A DNA stretch of 57,747 nucleotides, taken from positions 1-57,747 of the forward strand of contig JBAXAW010000001.1 of the NCBI GenBank assembly GCA_037142305.1, read 5' to 3'. This stretch comes from Actinomycetota bacterium. GTDB taxonomy: Bacteria > Actinomycetota > Acidimicrobiia > Acidimicrobiales > Ilumatobacteraceae. Made by a program: the position numbers and the translations under genes. Shown in pieces: positions 28,058-38,427 of this stretch (positions are counted from its first letter, which is position 1; the number at the start of each line of letters is the position of its first letter). The notes under the pieces are model-generated. The model had not been told where the DNA came from and made no database searches. It was given only the letters and a program-made list of their open reading frames with translations.

Positions 28058-28714
28058 ATGTCGCTTGTTGTCAAGACCAAAGATGCTTCACAATTAACTG
28101 ATACTGATCTTGACGAACTCGCCTCGATGGGTGGTTCATTCGGAATCGGCGCGATTTCAAAAGCTAAAGAAGATTGGGTTCTATTTGCCAGTGCGCGACT
28201 TGATAACAAGTTGCATGGTTTCATGTTTTCAACGCTTGAGCGCATCGGTGGCACGCCGTGTGTGTTGTTGGGCATGCTGAGCGTCAAGCCGACAACGAAA
28301 CGAGATCAGATTCTAAAAGGGCTAATGAGTGAGGCATATCACCGTGCACTAATGGCGTTTCCAGACGAAGATGTTGTCGTTGGGTCACGGTTTATCGACT
28401 CCGATGCGCTTGAGGCGTTCAAGTCGCTCACAGAAATGATTCCTCGACCTGATCACAAGGCAGTCGGTGAAGAGCGTGCTTGGGGTCGCCGTCTGGCCCG
28501 TCGCTTTGGCTGCGAATCGACTTACGACGAACAGTCTTTTGTGATCAAGAGCAATGGTCAGAGCGGATTTATGGATTTCAAGTCGCTTAAACCAGGTAAG
28601 GCTCCAGCAGATATTAATGCAATGTTTAAGACTGTTTCGGCAAAGAAGGCTGGCGTGCTCGTGGTGCATGGCTGGACAATGACCGAAAATCTTTTGAAGC
28701 TCGGCAAACACTAA
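28058..28714 (+). CDS. Hypothetical protein (no motif recognised)
   Basis: 218-aa ORF with codon usage like its neighbours. I recognise no signature. It fills the gap between dnaE and the nitroreductase gene. Confidence 0.5.
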   Translation: MSLVVKTKDASQLTDTDLDELASMGGSFGIGAISKAKEDWVLFASARLDNKLHGFMFSTLERIGGTPCVLLGMLSVKPTTKRDQILKGLMSEAYHRALMAFPDEDVVVGSRFIDSDALEAFKSLTEMIPRPDHKAVGEERAWGRRLARRFGCESTYDEQSFVIKSNGQSGFMDFKSLKPGKAPADINAMFKTVSAKKAGVLVVHGWTMTENLLKLGKH

Positions 28715-28724
28715 GAGTTTTGCC

Positions 28725-29360
28725 GTGCAGTTTGCGGACTGTGTTCGCTCGCGCAAGATGGTGCGATCTTTTCGCAATGATCCAGTCGCACCAGAATTAG
28801 TTGAACGGATAGTCGATCTTGCATCGCGGGCACCATCGGCCGGCAAGACACAAGGTTGGCATTTTTTGGTGTTGCAAGACGGTGAAACTTCAAAGTTTTG
28901 GGATACGACATTGCCGGTCGAAAAGCGTTCTTCATTTAAATGGAAACATTTACTTGATGCTCCAATCATTGGCTTAGTTTTTGCTGACTCGTCGGCTTAT
29001 GTCGCGCGTTACAGCGAGTCGGATAAATCTTCAACAGGTTTAGGTGCTGGTGAATCAAGTTGGCTAACTCCATATTGGACAGTGGATGCATCGTTCGCAA
29101 CGATGACACTATTGTTAGCCGCCCATGATCTTGGGCTTGGCGCACTGTTTTTCGCGGTGTTCTCTGGCGAGGCCGAATTACGAAAACTGTTAAGCGTGCC
29201 GCAAGATTTACAATTGATCGGCGCGGTGGCGATGGGTTGGCCGCGAACTCACGATCACAGTGTTGCCAGTTCGAGTATTGATAGCTCGAGTGCGAAAGGT
29301 TCGAGCGCAAGCCGCACCAGACGCACGCCAGCACAGATCACACATTTTGGTAAGTGGTAG
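28725..29360 (+). CDS. Nitroreductase-family protein
   Basis: 211 aa. The N-terminal pattern RSRKMVRSFRNDPV...ASRAPSAGKTQGWHFLVL is typical of the FMN nitroreductase fold. GTG start. Confidence 0.75.
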   Translation: MQFADCVRSRKMVRSFRNDPVAPELVERIVDLASRAPSAGKTQGWHFLVLQDGETSKFWDTTLPVEKRSSFKWKHLLDAPIIGLVFADSSAYVARYSESDKSSTGLGAGESSWLTPYWTVDASFATMTLLLAAHDLGLGALFFAVFSGEAELRKLLSVPQDLQLIGAVAMGWPRTHDHSVASSSIDSSSAKGSSASRTRRTPAQITHFGKW

Positions 29361-29366
29361 AGAATC

Positions 29367-29391
29367 TTAAACTAGTTCGACACTAGTTTAA
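29367..29391. terminator. Perfect 10-bp inverted repeat hairpin between convergent genes
   Basis: ttaaactagt-tcgac-actagtttaa lies in the 33-nt gap between the nitroreductase stop (29360) and the yyaL stop (29394). The stem is AT-rich, so stability is modest. Confidence 0.45.
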
Positions 29392-29393
29392 AC

Positions 29394-31388
29394 CTAGTTT
29401 AAAATTGAGCGTAAAGCTTTTTTGAGTTCGTCAATAGTTGATGCTGGAGCAGCGCAGGTGTAGTTCTGACAGACAAATGCAAAACCCTCTGGACGGTCAG
29501 TCCATATTGGTGAATCATATTTTTCACCCCAGGCGACTACCGCTGTCGGTAGCCAATTTTTTTGCAATTCTTTTAGTAAATCCGTGCGAGACCCTGTAAC
29601 TGCAATTTCGGTAACTCCAACATTTTGCAGATGAATCGCATTTATCAAATTAGAAAATGCGCTCGGTGCACTTGCTGCAATTCGTGAAAACAATCGCAAA
29701 ATGTTTAACGCCGTATCAAGATATTTCTTGTCGCCAGTTAATGCTTGAAGACGCAGCATTGCAAGCGCGGCAGTTGAATTGGCAGAGGGCGTTGCATTAT
29801 CAAGCAAATCTTTTTGCCGAACTATCAACTGCTCTGCATCATTGGCAATCGTAAAAAAACCAAAATTTATTGAGTCCCAGTAATTTCTGAGAAGTTGGTC
29901 TGCAGCATCACATGCGTGATTAATCCAGGTTGATTTGCCTGTTGCTTCACCAAGTCGAGTGAAGGCGTCAATCAGATTCGCCAAGTCGCTGGCTAGTGCG
30001 CGGTGTCTGGCCTGTGGCGCTCCAGATTCTTGCCAACTTCGAAGCCAACGACCGTTCTCGTCTCGCAATTCGCGAAGCATAAATTCGCCGTTTTGTTGAG
30101 CAGCATCAAGCCAGTCTTGGCGATCGAATAAAACTGCCGCTTCAACAAGCGAAGATGTCATCATCGCGTTCCATTCGGTTAAAACTTTGTCGTCGAGTAA
30201 TGGCCAAGTACGCAATGAGCGTGCCTCTAATAACAGACTTCGAATCTCTTCAACTTCGCTGGTGCGTTTAAATTCTCCACGATGATTCAATCGCGTAGGA
30301 ATATTTGATCCCTCAAAGTTGCCAGAGTCGGTAATTTCATACCATTGAAGTGCGGTATCAACTAGCTCTGCGGGCAGAATTTCTCGTACCTGCGCGGGGG
30401 TGAAGACATAAAAATGTCCTTCATGTGAATGTCCTTGGTCGTCAAGCGAGTCAGCGTCTTGCGCACTAAAAAATCCACCGTTATCGTGTCGTAAATCGCG
30501 TAAAAGATATTCAATTGTTTCTTCAACGACTTGTCGCCACTTTGGTTGATTAAACACAACCGCAGCATGTGTGTAGACACGAACGAGCAGAGCCTGGTCG
30601 TAGAGCATCTTTTCGAAGTGGGGCACCAGCCATTTTTCATCGACGCTGTAGCGCGAAAATCCTCCACCCAGATGGTCGTACATTCCGCCTGAAGCCATCG
30701 CATCCAGAGTCGTTGTCAACATATTTCGTGTCGTCGGGCTGCCATTGTTCAGAAAACTTCGCAGCAGCAAGTCAAGACTCATTGTGCTCGGAAACTTGGG
30801 TGCGCCACCGAAGCCACCCCAATTGGTATCAAAAGTTTGACTCAACCCATTAACTGCTTGATGAAATAGATCAATTGTTGGCAAAGATTCGTCGGGCTTG
30901 ATTTGTGCGGTTCGATCTAGAGATTCAATAAGTGCCGAAATGTTGTTGTCGATATCGTCGCGGCGATTGTGCCAAGCATCGTTAATTGCATTCATCAACG
31001 CAATGAACGACGGTTTCGGAAAGTACGTTCCGCCAAAAAATGGCCGACCATCTGGTGTCATAAAAACTGTCATCGGCCATCCGCCACGACCTGACATCGC
31101 CTGCACCGCATCCATATACAGCGCATCAATATCAGGTCGTTCTTCGCGGTCTACTTTGATATTTACGAACAGTTCGTTCATTAAGTTTGCGGTTTCGTGA
31201 TCTTCAAAGCATTCGTGAGCCATGACATGGCACCAATGGCAGGCCGAATATCCAACTGATAACAAAATAGGGACATTGCGTTGGCGGGCTAACTCAAATG
31301 CTTCATGCCCCCAACTAAACCAATCAACCGGGTTGTCTTTGTGCTGGCGTAAGTACGGACTTGTCTCATTCGCGAGTCGGTTTGTCAT
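29394..31388 (-). CDS. Thioredoxin-domain protein YyaL (DUF255 plus six-hairpin domain)
   Basis: 664 aa. [18 protein letters not shown]...[11 protein letters not shown] is the hallmark N-terminus of this family. A long alpha/alpha-toroid-like C-terminal region follows. Confidence 0.85.
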   Translation of the reverse strand: MTNRLANETSPYLRQHKDNPVDWFSWGHEAFELARQRNVPILLSVGYSACHWCHVMAHECFEDHETANLMNELFVNIKVDREERPDIDALYMDAVQAMSGRGGWPMTVFMTPDGRPFFGGTYFPKPSFIALMNAINDAWHNRRDDIDNNISALIESLDRTAQIKPDESLPTIDLFHQAVNGLSQTFDTNWGGFGGAPKFPSTMSLDLLLRSFLNNGSPTTRNMLTTTLDAMASGGMYDHLGGGFSRYSVDEKWLVPHFEKMLYDQALLVRVYTHAAVVFNQPKWRQVVEETIEYLLRDLRHDNGGFFSAQDADSLDDQGHSHEGHFYVFTPAQVREILPAELVDTALQWYEITDSGNFEGSNIPTRLNHRGEFKRTSEVEEIRSLLLEARSLRTWPLLDDKVLTEWNAMMTSSLVEAAVLFDRQDWLDAAQQNGEFMLRELRDENGRWLRSWQESGAPQARHRALASDLANLIDAFTRLGEATGKSTWINHACDAADQLLRNYWDSINFGFFTIANDAEQLIVRQKDLLDNATPSANSTAALAMLRLQALTGDKKYLDTALNILRLFSRIAASAPSAFSNLINAIHLQNVGVTEIAVTGSRTDLLKELQKNWLPTAVVAWGEKYDSPIWTDRPEGFAFVCQNYTCAAPASTIDELKKALRSILN

Positions 31389-31392
31389 TGAC

Positions 31393-32952
31393 TTAACCTT
31401 TAATTTTTTCGGTGATATCGATTATCACTGTGCTATTTAGTTTTGGATATTTTGCTGTCGCTGCACTGCTCACGCGCATCAGGCACTTGCCAATTTCGTT
31501 GAAGATAACTGAAGACTTGTTTTTGATCGCGCAGGGGCCAGAAATGATTTTCAAACTTGGTTTACCATTTGATGCACTTTCAATCAAATTTTTAATTGTG
31601 ATAGTTGAGCCAGTTTCGATTGCTGATGATGAAGCCCACACTCCAACGACGCGTTTAGTCGTTGCAGAAAATCTAATTTGTGGGGTTCCGCCGAGAGTGA
31701 TCAGTGTTCCGAGTCGCAGAAACAAACCAAGATCATCAACTGTTGGCGTATATCGCAGTTCTTGTGATCGCGCTATTGATACACATTCAACTGGAATTGC
31801 GGCAGTTGCCTCGCCAGGAGAACTGCAGCGATACCACTGCAATCGTTCTGACGGCGGCAACTGCAGAGTGTTGGCGACAATTTCAACGCTGACGCGACCC
31901 GCAGATGAGAAAGTTGGAAACGCAATTTCGCTGGCAAAATAACCAAGGGCCCTAAATATTGCGTACACATTTACGAGCCCCGCGCCAAATGTGTCATCTC
32001 GGCCTGGTGCGCCAATGTCTGTTGCTGTCGCAACGATCACTTCGCGAACTTGAACTGCAGTCATTGTTGGGTTGGCTGAAATGATTAATGCAGCCACACC
32101 GCTTATAAAAGCAGCGGCCATTGATGTCCCGCTCATCGTGATGTATGGTTCATCCGCGGTAGCACAAGCGCGTGTGCTGTCGACGCGAGAACCAGTACGA
32201 ATAGTTGAGCAAATACCAACTCCTGGTGCTGTTATATCGATATAACTACCGCGTTGTGCGAATGATGGGGAAGTCATTGTTTGATCTGCTGCAGTGACCG
32301 CCAAAGTTAAATCGTTTCCAGCAGGATAAGTAATACCTGCGGTCGGCCCAGCGTTACCTGCTGCGGCTACGACAAGAACATTGTTGCCTGAGGCATATTG
32401 AATTGCACTTAGAAGTTGTTCGGTTTGTCCGATTCCGCCGAGTGAAAGATTAATTACTCGCGCGCCAGCCTCTACTGCGTATCGAATAGCAAGAGCGACG
32501 TCAGCCTCTGACCCGTCACCATTTGAGTCAAGAACTCTGATCGGAAGAATTCTCGCGTCTGGTGCGACACCCGCGACACCGATGTCATTGTTTGCCTGTG
32601 CCGCAATGATTCCAGCGACATGGGTACCGTGTCCATTTGGGTCGACATCGTTTGCGCCTTCAGTTGTTCGACCACGGATTATTGAACGACCTGGCGAAAG
32701 ATTCGTTGTGAGATCTGCGTTGGGCCCAGAGCCCGAGTCAACTACGGCGACTAAAACATTTCGGCCTGTGGAGACACTCCAAACTTCGTTGGCGTGAATG
32801 ATTTGCAATCCCCATTGTGCTTCATAACCAACATCGACCCCGAATGCCTCAACTTGAGTCGAAGCTAAAGCACTGCTCGGAAAACTTACGATAATCAAAA
32901 CCACTGAAATTGTTTTAACGAAAAACTTTCGTAACTGAAATACTTTTTTCAA
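31393..32952 (-). CDS. Secreted S8 (subtilisin-like) serine peptidase with ~170-aa C-terminal extension
   Basis: 519 aa with a signal peptide ([29 protein letters not shown]). The catalytic triad motifs are [15 protein letters not shown] and [12 protein letters not shown]. The TTG start immediately follows the fabI stop. Confidence 0.88.
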   Translation of the reverse strand: MKKVFQLRKFFVKTISVVLIIVSFPSSALASTQVEAFGVDVGYEAQWGLQIIHANEVWSVSTGRNVLVAVVDSGSGPNADLTTNLSPGRSIIRGRTTEGANDVDPNGHGTHVAGIIAAQANNDIGVAGVAPDARILPIRVLDSNGDGSEADVALAIRYAVEAGARVINLSLGGIGQTEQLLSAIQYASGNNVLVVAAAGNAGPTAGITYPAGNDLTLAVTAADQTMTSPSFAQRGSYIDITAPGVGICSTIRTGSRVDSTRACATADEPYITMSGTSMAAAFISGVAALIISANPTMTAVQVREVIVATATDIGAPGRDDTFGAGLVNVYAIFRALGYFASEIAFPTFSSAGRVSVEIVANTLQLPPSERLQWYRCSSPGEATAAIPVECVSIARSQELRYTPTVDDLGLFLRLGTLITLGGTPQIRFSATTKRVVGVWASSSAIETGSTITIKNLIESASNGKPSLKIISGPCAIKNKSSVIFNEIGKCLMRVSSAATAKYPKLNSTVIIDITEKIKG

Positions 32953-33729
32953 TTAGGCACCCATCGCGTGGAAACCGCCATCCACATGCACTATCTCTCC
33001 AGTAGTTGCAGGAAACCAGTCACTGAGCATCGCTACACAACTGCGTGCGACGCTGGTTGAATTGTTTACATCCCAACCAAGCGGGGCTCGTTGCGCCCAG
33101 ACATCTTCAAACGCTCCAAATGTAGGAATCGATTTTGCTGCCATCGTGCGAATCGGACCAGCAGCAATTAAGTTGCATCGAATTTGTTTGGTGCCAAGAG
33201 CCTTGGCCAAATATCTGTTGGTGCTCTCAAGTGCAGATTTGGCGACGCCCATCCAGTTATAGGCGGGCCACGCAACTGTGTTGTCGAAATCAAGTCCAAC
33301 AATTGAGCCACCATTAGTCATCAACGGAGCAAATGACTCTGCAAGTGTCTTTAACGAATATGCCGAAATTTGCATAGCAATGGCAACATCGGCCCAAGTT
33401 GCTGCCATGAAATCATCACCAAGACACGCAGCAGGTGCAAAGCCAATCGAGTGCAAGACTCCGTCGACACGACCAGAAGAGCCAAAGTGCTGTTTCACGG
33501 TGTTGCGTGCGCTTTCAACATGCGAATCAACAGTCACATCAAATTCAACAACAGGCGCTGGTTTTTCTAACTTGCGGGCCGTGCGCTCGGTGATCGATAA
33601 ACCACGTCCCGCGCCAGTCAAAACAATATTTGCGCCTTCGCGTTGGGCCAATTGGGCGACACCAAATGCTAACGAAGCATCGGTTAGCACTCCGGATATA
33701 ACAATGTTTTTCCCATCAAGAATTCCCAT
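32953..33729 (-). CDS. fabI: Enoyl-[acyl-carrier-protein] reductase (NADH), FabI/InhA-type
   Basis: 258 aa. The N-terminus GILDGKNIVISGVLTDASLAFGVAQLAQREGANIVLTG closely parallels InhA. It has an SDR fold with the Y...K region. Confidence 0.85.
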   Translation of the reverse strand: MGILDGKNIVISGVLTDASLAFGVAQLAQREGANIVLTGAGRGLSITERTARKLEKPAPVVEFDVTVDSHVESARNTVKQHFGSSGRVDGVLHSIGFAPAACLGDDFMAATWADVAIAMQISAYSLKTLAESFAPLMTNGGSIVGLDFDNTVAWPAYNWMGVAKSALESTNRYLAKALGTKQIRCNLIAAGPIRTMAAKSIPTFGAFEDVWAQRAPLGWDVNNSTSVARSCVAMLSDWFPATTGEIVHVDGGFHAMGA

Positions 33730-33835
33730 GCGCTAAACGGTAGTTGATTGAAACCTGTTTACATTGCGTCGTTGTTTTATCGCTAGTAAACAGCACTAGT
33801 TAATACATCTAGTAAATACACAACTTAAGTAAGTA

Positions 33836-34519
33836 GTGTTGCGAGTCATGCGGATCGGAATTCTTGGTGGAACAGGGCCAGCTGGAAGTGCCCTTGGGTT
33901 GCGCTTGGCCTCGATTGGCTGTGATGTACTTCTCGGTTCTCGTGATGCTCAACGAGCGGTGGGCATCTGCACCGAACTCGCACGCAAGTGGCCTGACTTC
34001 AAATTAAATCTAAATGGTGGCGACAACGACGCTGCAGCAAACTGTGAAATAGTAATTATTGCCACACCGTGGGACTCAGCCGCAACGATTGTCAACGAGC
34101 ACACTCAACAGTTGATTGGCAAAATTGTTGTGACAATGGCTAATGCGTTAGTTCGGGTGGGCAAAGAATTTCAGCCACTTGTGCCGCCACGTGGCAGTAT
34201 CGCCGCGCATATTCAGGCCGAGATTCCGTTGTCTCGAGTAGTCGCAGCATTTCAACATTTGCCAGCAACAGAATTGGGCAACCTAACTCATGAAGTTGAC
34301 AGTGATGTACTGATCTGTTCAGATGACCCGACTGCAACGGCGACTATTTCTGAAATTGTTTTGCGCATACCTGGTTGTCGCCCGTTGAATGCTGGAAGTC
34401 TGTCAAATGCCTTGGCGATTGAAGCATTTACCGCAGTGTTGCTGCAATTAAATGTGCGCTACAAAACTCGCGTTGCGCCGCGGCTCACTGGTATCCCAGA
34501 TCGCGGTAAATCTAAGTGA
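33836..34519 (+). CDS. npdG: NADPH-dependent F420 reductase-like oxidoreductase
   Basis: 227 aa; ATG at 33848 is the likely start. Rossmann motif MRIGILGGTGPAGSALG...LGSRD and the ~220-aa length are typical of NpdG/FNO-type proteins. The assignment is by pattern only. Confidence 0.65.
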   Translation: MLRVMRIGILGGTGPAGSALGLRLASIGCDVLLGSRDAQRAVGICTELARKWPDFKLNLNGGDNDAAANCEIVIIATPWDSAATIVNEHTQQLIGKIVVTMANALVRVGKEFQPLVPPRGSIAAHIQAEIPLSRVVAAFQHLPATELGNLTHEVDSDVLICSDDPTATATISEIVLRIPGCRPLNAGSLSNALAIEAFTAVLLQLNVRYKTRVAPRLTGIPDRGKSK

Positions 34520-35646
34520 CAATGAAGTTGTACGACACTGTCAGAAAGAGTGTCATCGATTTTGTGCCAAACAATGAAGTTTTGATGTACACATGCGGCA
34601 TTACGCCTTACGATGCAACGCACATTGGTCATGCTTTTACTTTTGTGAGTTACGACATTTTGCAACGCCGACTAATCGATAAGGGTCATACCGTCAAGTG
34701 CGTCCGCAACGTAACTGATGTTGATGACCCGCTGTTTGCAAAAGCGAGAGAACTTGGCGTGCATTATTTAGATCTTGCTGCTGGCGAAGAAGCAAGGTTT
34801 GATGCAGACATGAAAGCGCTAAACGTGTTGGATGTTTTCAGCAAGCCGCGCGCATCTTCAGCGATCCCAGATATTCGAAAATTTATCGCATTAGTTTTAG
34901 ACAGAGGTTTCGCTTATCAATGCGGGAGCAGTGTCTATTTCGATGTCACAAAATTTGAGTCATTCGGCAGTGTCTCAAATTACGACAACGAAACAATGTT
35001 GCGGTACGCGGCAGAACGAGGCGGTGACCTAGATAATCCAGATAAAAGGAATCCTCTCGATTTCGTATTGTGGCAACCATCTGCGCCCGACGAGCCAAGT
35101 TGGGACACGATCTGGGGTCCAGGTCGACCAGGTTGGCATATTGAGTGCTCGGCATTGGCGCTGCGTGATCTTGGTACGACGATTGATTTGCACGGTGGTG
35201 GAAGCGATTTAATTTTTCCGCATCATGAGTGCGAGCGTGCTCAATCTGAGGCCGCAACCGGAAAGCAATTTGTTAAACATTGGATGCATGTTGCGATGGT
35301 TTTCATGGACGGAACGAAAATGTCAAAGAGTTTGGGCAATCTTGAATTTGTTGATCGCTTGCGAAAAGCTCATGATCCGCGAGCGATACGGCTTGCGCTG
35401 ATTTCTAATCACTATCGCCAAGAGTGGGAATGGACTTCATCGTCAATGACTAATTCGTTGGCAAGACTCAAATCATGGGTGTCGGCAAAAAATGGCGACG
35501 GTACCGCAGGGCTTGCTGAAGTTCGTGCTGCACTAGATGATGACTTAAATGTTCCTGCGGCGATCAATGTGCTAGACCAAGCCGTCGCTGCGGGCCACAG
35601 CATTGCAGCCTCGGCAAAACTTCTCGGTATTAATCTAAACAGCTAG
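34516..35646 (+). CDS. mshC: L-cysteine:1D-myo-inositol 2-amino-2-deoxy-alpha-D-glucopyranoside ligase (mycothiol ligase MshC)
   Basis: 376 aa with class I synthetase motifs. CGITPYDATHIGHA and NVTDVDDPLF match MshC rather than CysRS, and KMSKSLGN is present. The GTGA start overlaps the npdG stop; ATG at 34522 is an alternative. Confidence 0.8.
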   Translation: MTMKLYDTVRKSVIDFVPNNEVLMYTCGITPYDATHIGHAFTFVSYDILQRRLIDKGHTVKCVRNVTDVDDPLFAKARELGVHYLDLAAGEEARFDADMKALNVLDVFSKPRASSAIPDIRKFIALVLDRGFAYQCGSSVYFDVTKFESFGSVSNYDNETMLRYAAERGGDLDNPDKRNPLDFVLWQPSAPDEPSWDTIWGPGRPGWHIECSALALRDLGTTIDLHGGGSDLIFPHHECERAQSEAATGKQFVKHWMHVAMVFMDGTKMSKSLGNLEFVDRLRKAHDPRAIRLALISNHYRQEWEWTSSSMTNSLARLKSWVSAKNGDGTAGLAEVRAALDDDLNVPAAINVLDQAVAAGHSIAASAKLLGINLNS

Positions 35647-35695
35647 ATATTTAGGTAGACACATAGATACTTAATGTGATGAGCGATCGGTAAAC

Positions 35696-36412
35696 ATGAG
35701 CAAAGCAAATTTTGATCCACTGAAGTTTGTTGGTGCTACAAAATTTCAGACTCGCTTCAGGCCGTTTGTGCGCTTTTTTGTAAATCGATTTTGGAAGTTT
35801 TCACTAATTGGTTTTGACCAGATCCCCGTGACTGGCCCAGCGATTTTGTGTGCGAATCACATTAGTTTTTTAGATTCGGTATTTTTGCTTACACATTCAC
35901 CGCGCAACATGTCTGTCGTGGGCAAGAGTGAATATATGGACTCATGGAAAACGCGTTGGCTTTTTACAAAAATTGGGATGATCCCGTTGGATCGAAGCGG
36001 AGGAGAAAGCGCGTCTTCGGCGATGGTGGCAGTTGAGGCTGTGTTAGCGCGTGGCGAACTATTCGGAATATTTCCAGAAGGCACACGTAGTCGCGACGGC
36101 AAACTTTATAAAGGTCGCACTGGTGCAGCGAGGCTGGCGCTGAAATTTGGTTGTCCGATTTTTCCTGTTGGGATAACTGGCACGAACGCGATCATGGCGC
36201 CGGATACGGTGATGCCGAAATTTGGCAAGAAATGCAAAATTGAAATCGGCCCGCCAATTGACACGCAGAAGTACATGTCACGCACCGATGATCCTGAGGT
36301 ATTGCGTGAATTAACTGATGAAGTGATGTTAAAGATTCAGGCGCTAACGAATCAGCAGTATTTATATGAATATGCGCCAAAGCGCTCGAACGTTAATCGC
36401 ACTCATATCTAA
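35696..36412 (+). CDS. plsC: 1-acyl-sn-glycerol-3-phosphate acyltransferase family protein
   Basis: 238 aa with the HX4D motif (CANHISFLD) and the FPEGTRS motif. Confidence 0.85.
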   Translation: MSKANFDPLKFVGATKFQTRFRPFVRFFVNRFWKFSLIGFDQIPVTGPAILCANHISFLDSVFLLTHSPRNMSVVGKSEYMDSWKTRWLFTKIGMIPLDRSGGESASSAMVAVEAVLARGELFGIFPEGTRSRDGKLYKGRTGAARLALKFGCPIFPVGITGTNAIMAPDTVMPKFGKKCKIEIGPPIDTQKYMSRTDDPEVLRELTDEVMLKIQALTNQQYLYEYAPKRSNVNRTHI

Positions 36413-36440
36413 AACTTTCACAATCTAGACTGAACGAGTC

Positions 36441-38423
36441 ATGACTACGAATATCTCTACGATTACGATTCGGTTGCCAGACGATTCGACTCGCGAGTTG
36501 CCGAGCGGCTCAACAGGTTTAGATCTTGCAATGTCAATCGGCAAGCGTCTGGGTCAGGCGGCAGTCGCAACCGTTGTCAACGGCATTGAAACTGATTTAG
36601 GAGTATCTCTCGTTGATGGTGCAAAAGTTTCAATAATTACTGCAGATTCAGATGCGGGTCGTCATGTTCTGCGTCACTCAACTGCTCATGTTTTAGCCCA
36701 AGCGGTTGTGCAACTTTTTAAAGGCGCTAAGTTCTCAATCGGTCCAGCAATTGAGGACGGCTTTTATTACGATTTTGAGTTGCCAAACTCAAAAACTTTC
36801 AGTGACGATGATCTCGCCAAGATCCAAGAACGAATGCAAGAGATCGTCAATGCCGATCAACCTTTTGTGCGCTCAGAAATGTCGGCACGCGATGCGTTGA
36901 AACTTTTTTCTGATCAGCCGTACAAATGTGAAATTATTGAGCGCGTCACACAAGGCGACGCAGACTTAAGCGACGCGGGTGAAGCAGGCAGCGCAGATGC
37001 CGTAAGCGTTTATCGAAACACAGATGATTTTGTCGATCTTTGTCGTGGGCCACATGTAGCATCTACGAGCCGTCTCGGTCATTTTGCATTAATGAAAGTT
37101 GCCGGCGCGTATTGGCGTGGCAACGAAAAAGGACCAATGTTGCAACGCATCTACGGCACCGCGTGGGAGTCAAAGGCGGCGTTGGCTGAACATTTGCATC
37201 GACTCGAAGAAGCCGAAAAGCGTGATCATCGTCGGTTGGCAGTTGAAATGGATTTGCTTTCCTTTCCGCAAGAACTCGGCGGCGGTCTTGCAGTTTGGCA
37301 TCCGAAGGGTGGCATTGTTCGCAAACTGATGGAGGACTACAGCCGCGAGCGCCATCAAAACGGCGGATACAAATTTGTCTTTACACCGCATTTAGCAAAT
37401 GCGCACTTGTTCGAAACATCTGGTCACTTGCAGTTCTACAAAGACGGCATGTATCCACCGATGGAGATGGACAACGGCACTTATTATCCAAAGCCGATGA
37501 ATTGTCCGATGCACTGTTTGATTTATCGCGACCGCCAACGCAGTTATCGCGAATTACCGTTGCGGTTGTTTGAACTTGGCACCGTTTATCGCTACGAACG
37601 CGCAGGCACTTTGCATGGTTTACTTCGCATTCGCGGCTTCACTCAAGACGACAGCCATATTTTTTGTACTGAAGAACAAATGGCAGACGAAATTGCATCA
37701 CTTCTAGATTTCGTGTTGAGTGTTTTGCGTAGATTTGGCTTCAATGATTTTGATTTCAAACTCAGCACACGCAATCTCGAAAAATCAGTTGGCTCTGATG
37801 AAATTTGGGGCAAGGCCACTGAGGCGTTAAAAGAAGCACTAGAGCGTCACGGCTTGCCGTACACGGTGGCTCCAGGCGACGCTGCGTTTTATGGACCCAA
37901 AATTGACATCGATGTGCGCGATGCAATCGGCCGCAAGTGGCAACTAAGCACCATTCAGTGCGACTTTAATCTTCCAGAAAGATTCGGTCTTGAATATATC
38001 GCTACAGATAATGCAAGAAAGCGCCCGATCATGTTGCATCGCGCCTTATTTGGTTCGATTGAACGCTTCTTCGGTGTCTTGCTCGAGCACTACGGTGGCG
38101 CGTTTCCGACTTGGTTGGCACCGATCCAAGTTCGTGTTTTAGCAGTGGCGTCGGCGCACGAGCAGTATGCGCTTGAAGTCACAGAAACTCTGAGCAAACT
38201 CGGATATCGGGTAGATCAACTAGTTGCCGATGAGCAACTTGGCAAACGCATTCGTGCGTCAAAGTTAGAGCGCATACCGTATGTGCTAGTTGTCGGCGAT
38301 GATGATATTGCAGGTGCCACAGTCGGCGTAAATCCACGCGGTGGTGATGTAATTCGGGGTGTTTCACTGAATGATTTCGTTCAGCAACTTGCGGCTGATG
38401 TCGGTCAAGAGATTAAGGCGTAA
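36441..38423 (+). CDS. thrS: Threonine--tRNA ligase
   Basis: 660 aa with an N-terminal TGS domain, an editing domain (HSTAHVLAQA), class II core motifs (FRDRQRSYRELP; GFTQDDSHIF) and an anticodon-binding domain. Confidence 0.95.
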   Translation: MTTNISTITIRLPDDSTRELPSGSTGLDLAMSIGKRLGQAAVATVVNGIETDLGVSLVDGAKVSIITADSDAGRHVLRHSTAHVLAQAVVQLFKGAKFSIGPAIEDGFYYDFELPNSKTFSDDDLAKIQERMQEIVNADQPFVRSEMSARDALKLFSDQPYKCEIIERVTQGDADLSDAGEAGSADAVSVYRNTDDFVDLCRGPHVASTSRLGHFALMKVAGAYWRGNEKGPMLQRIYGTAWESKAALAEHLHRLEEAEKRDHRRLAVEMDLLSFPQELGGGLAVWHPKGGIVRKLMEDYSRERHQNGGYKFVFTPHLANAHLFETSGHLQFYKDGMYPPMEMDNGTYYPKPMNCPMHCLIYRDRQRSYRELPLRLFELGTVYRYERAGTLHGLLRIRGFTQDDSHIFCTEEQMADEIASLLDFVLSVLRRFGFNDFDFKLSTRNLEKSVGSDEIWGKATEALKEALERHGLPYTVAPGDAAFYGPKIDIDVRDAIGRKWQLSTIQCDFNLPERFGLEYIATDNARKRPIMLHRALFGSIERFFGVLLEHYGGAFPTWLAPIQVRVLAVASAHEQYALEVTETLSKLGYRVDQLVADEQLGKRIRASKLERIPYVLVVGDDDIAGATVGVNPRGGDVIRGVSLNDFVQQLAADVGQEIKA

Positions 38424-38427
38424 TAAA

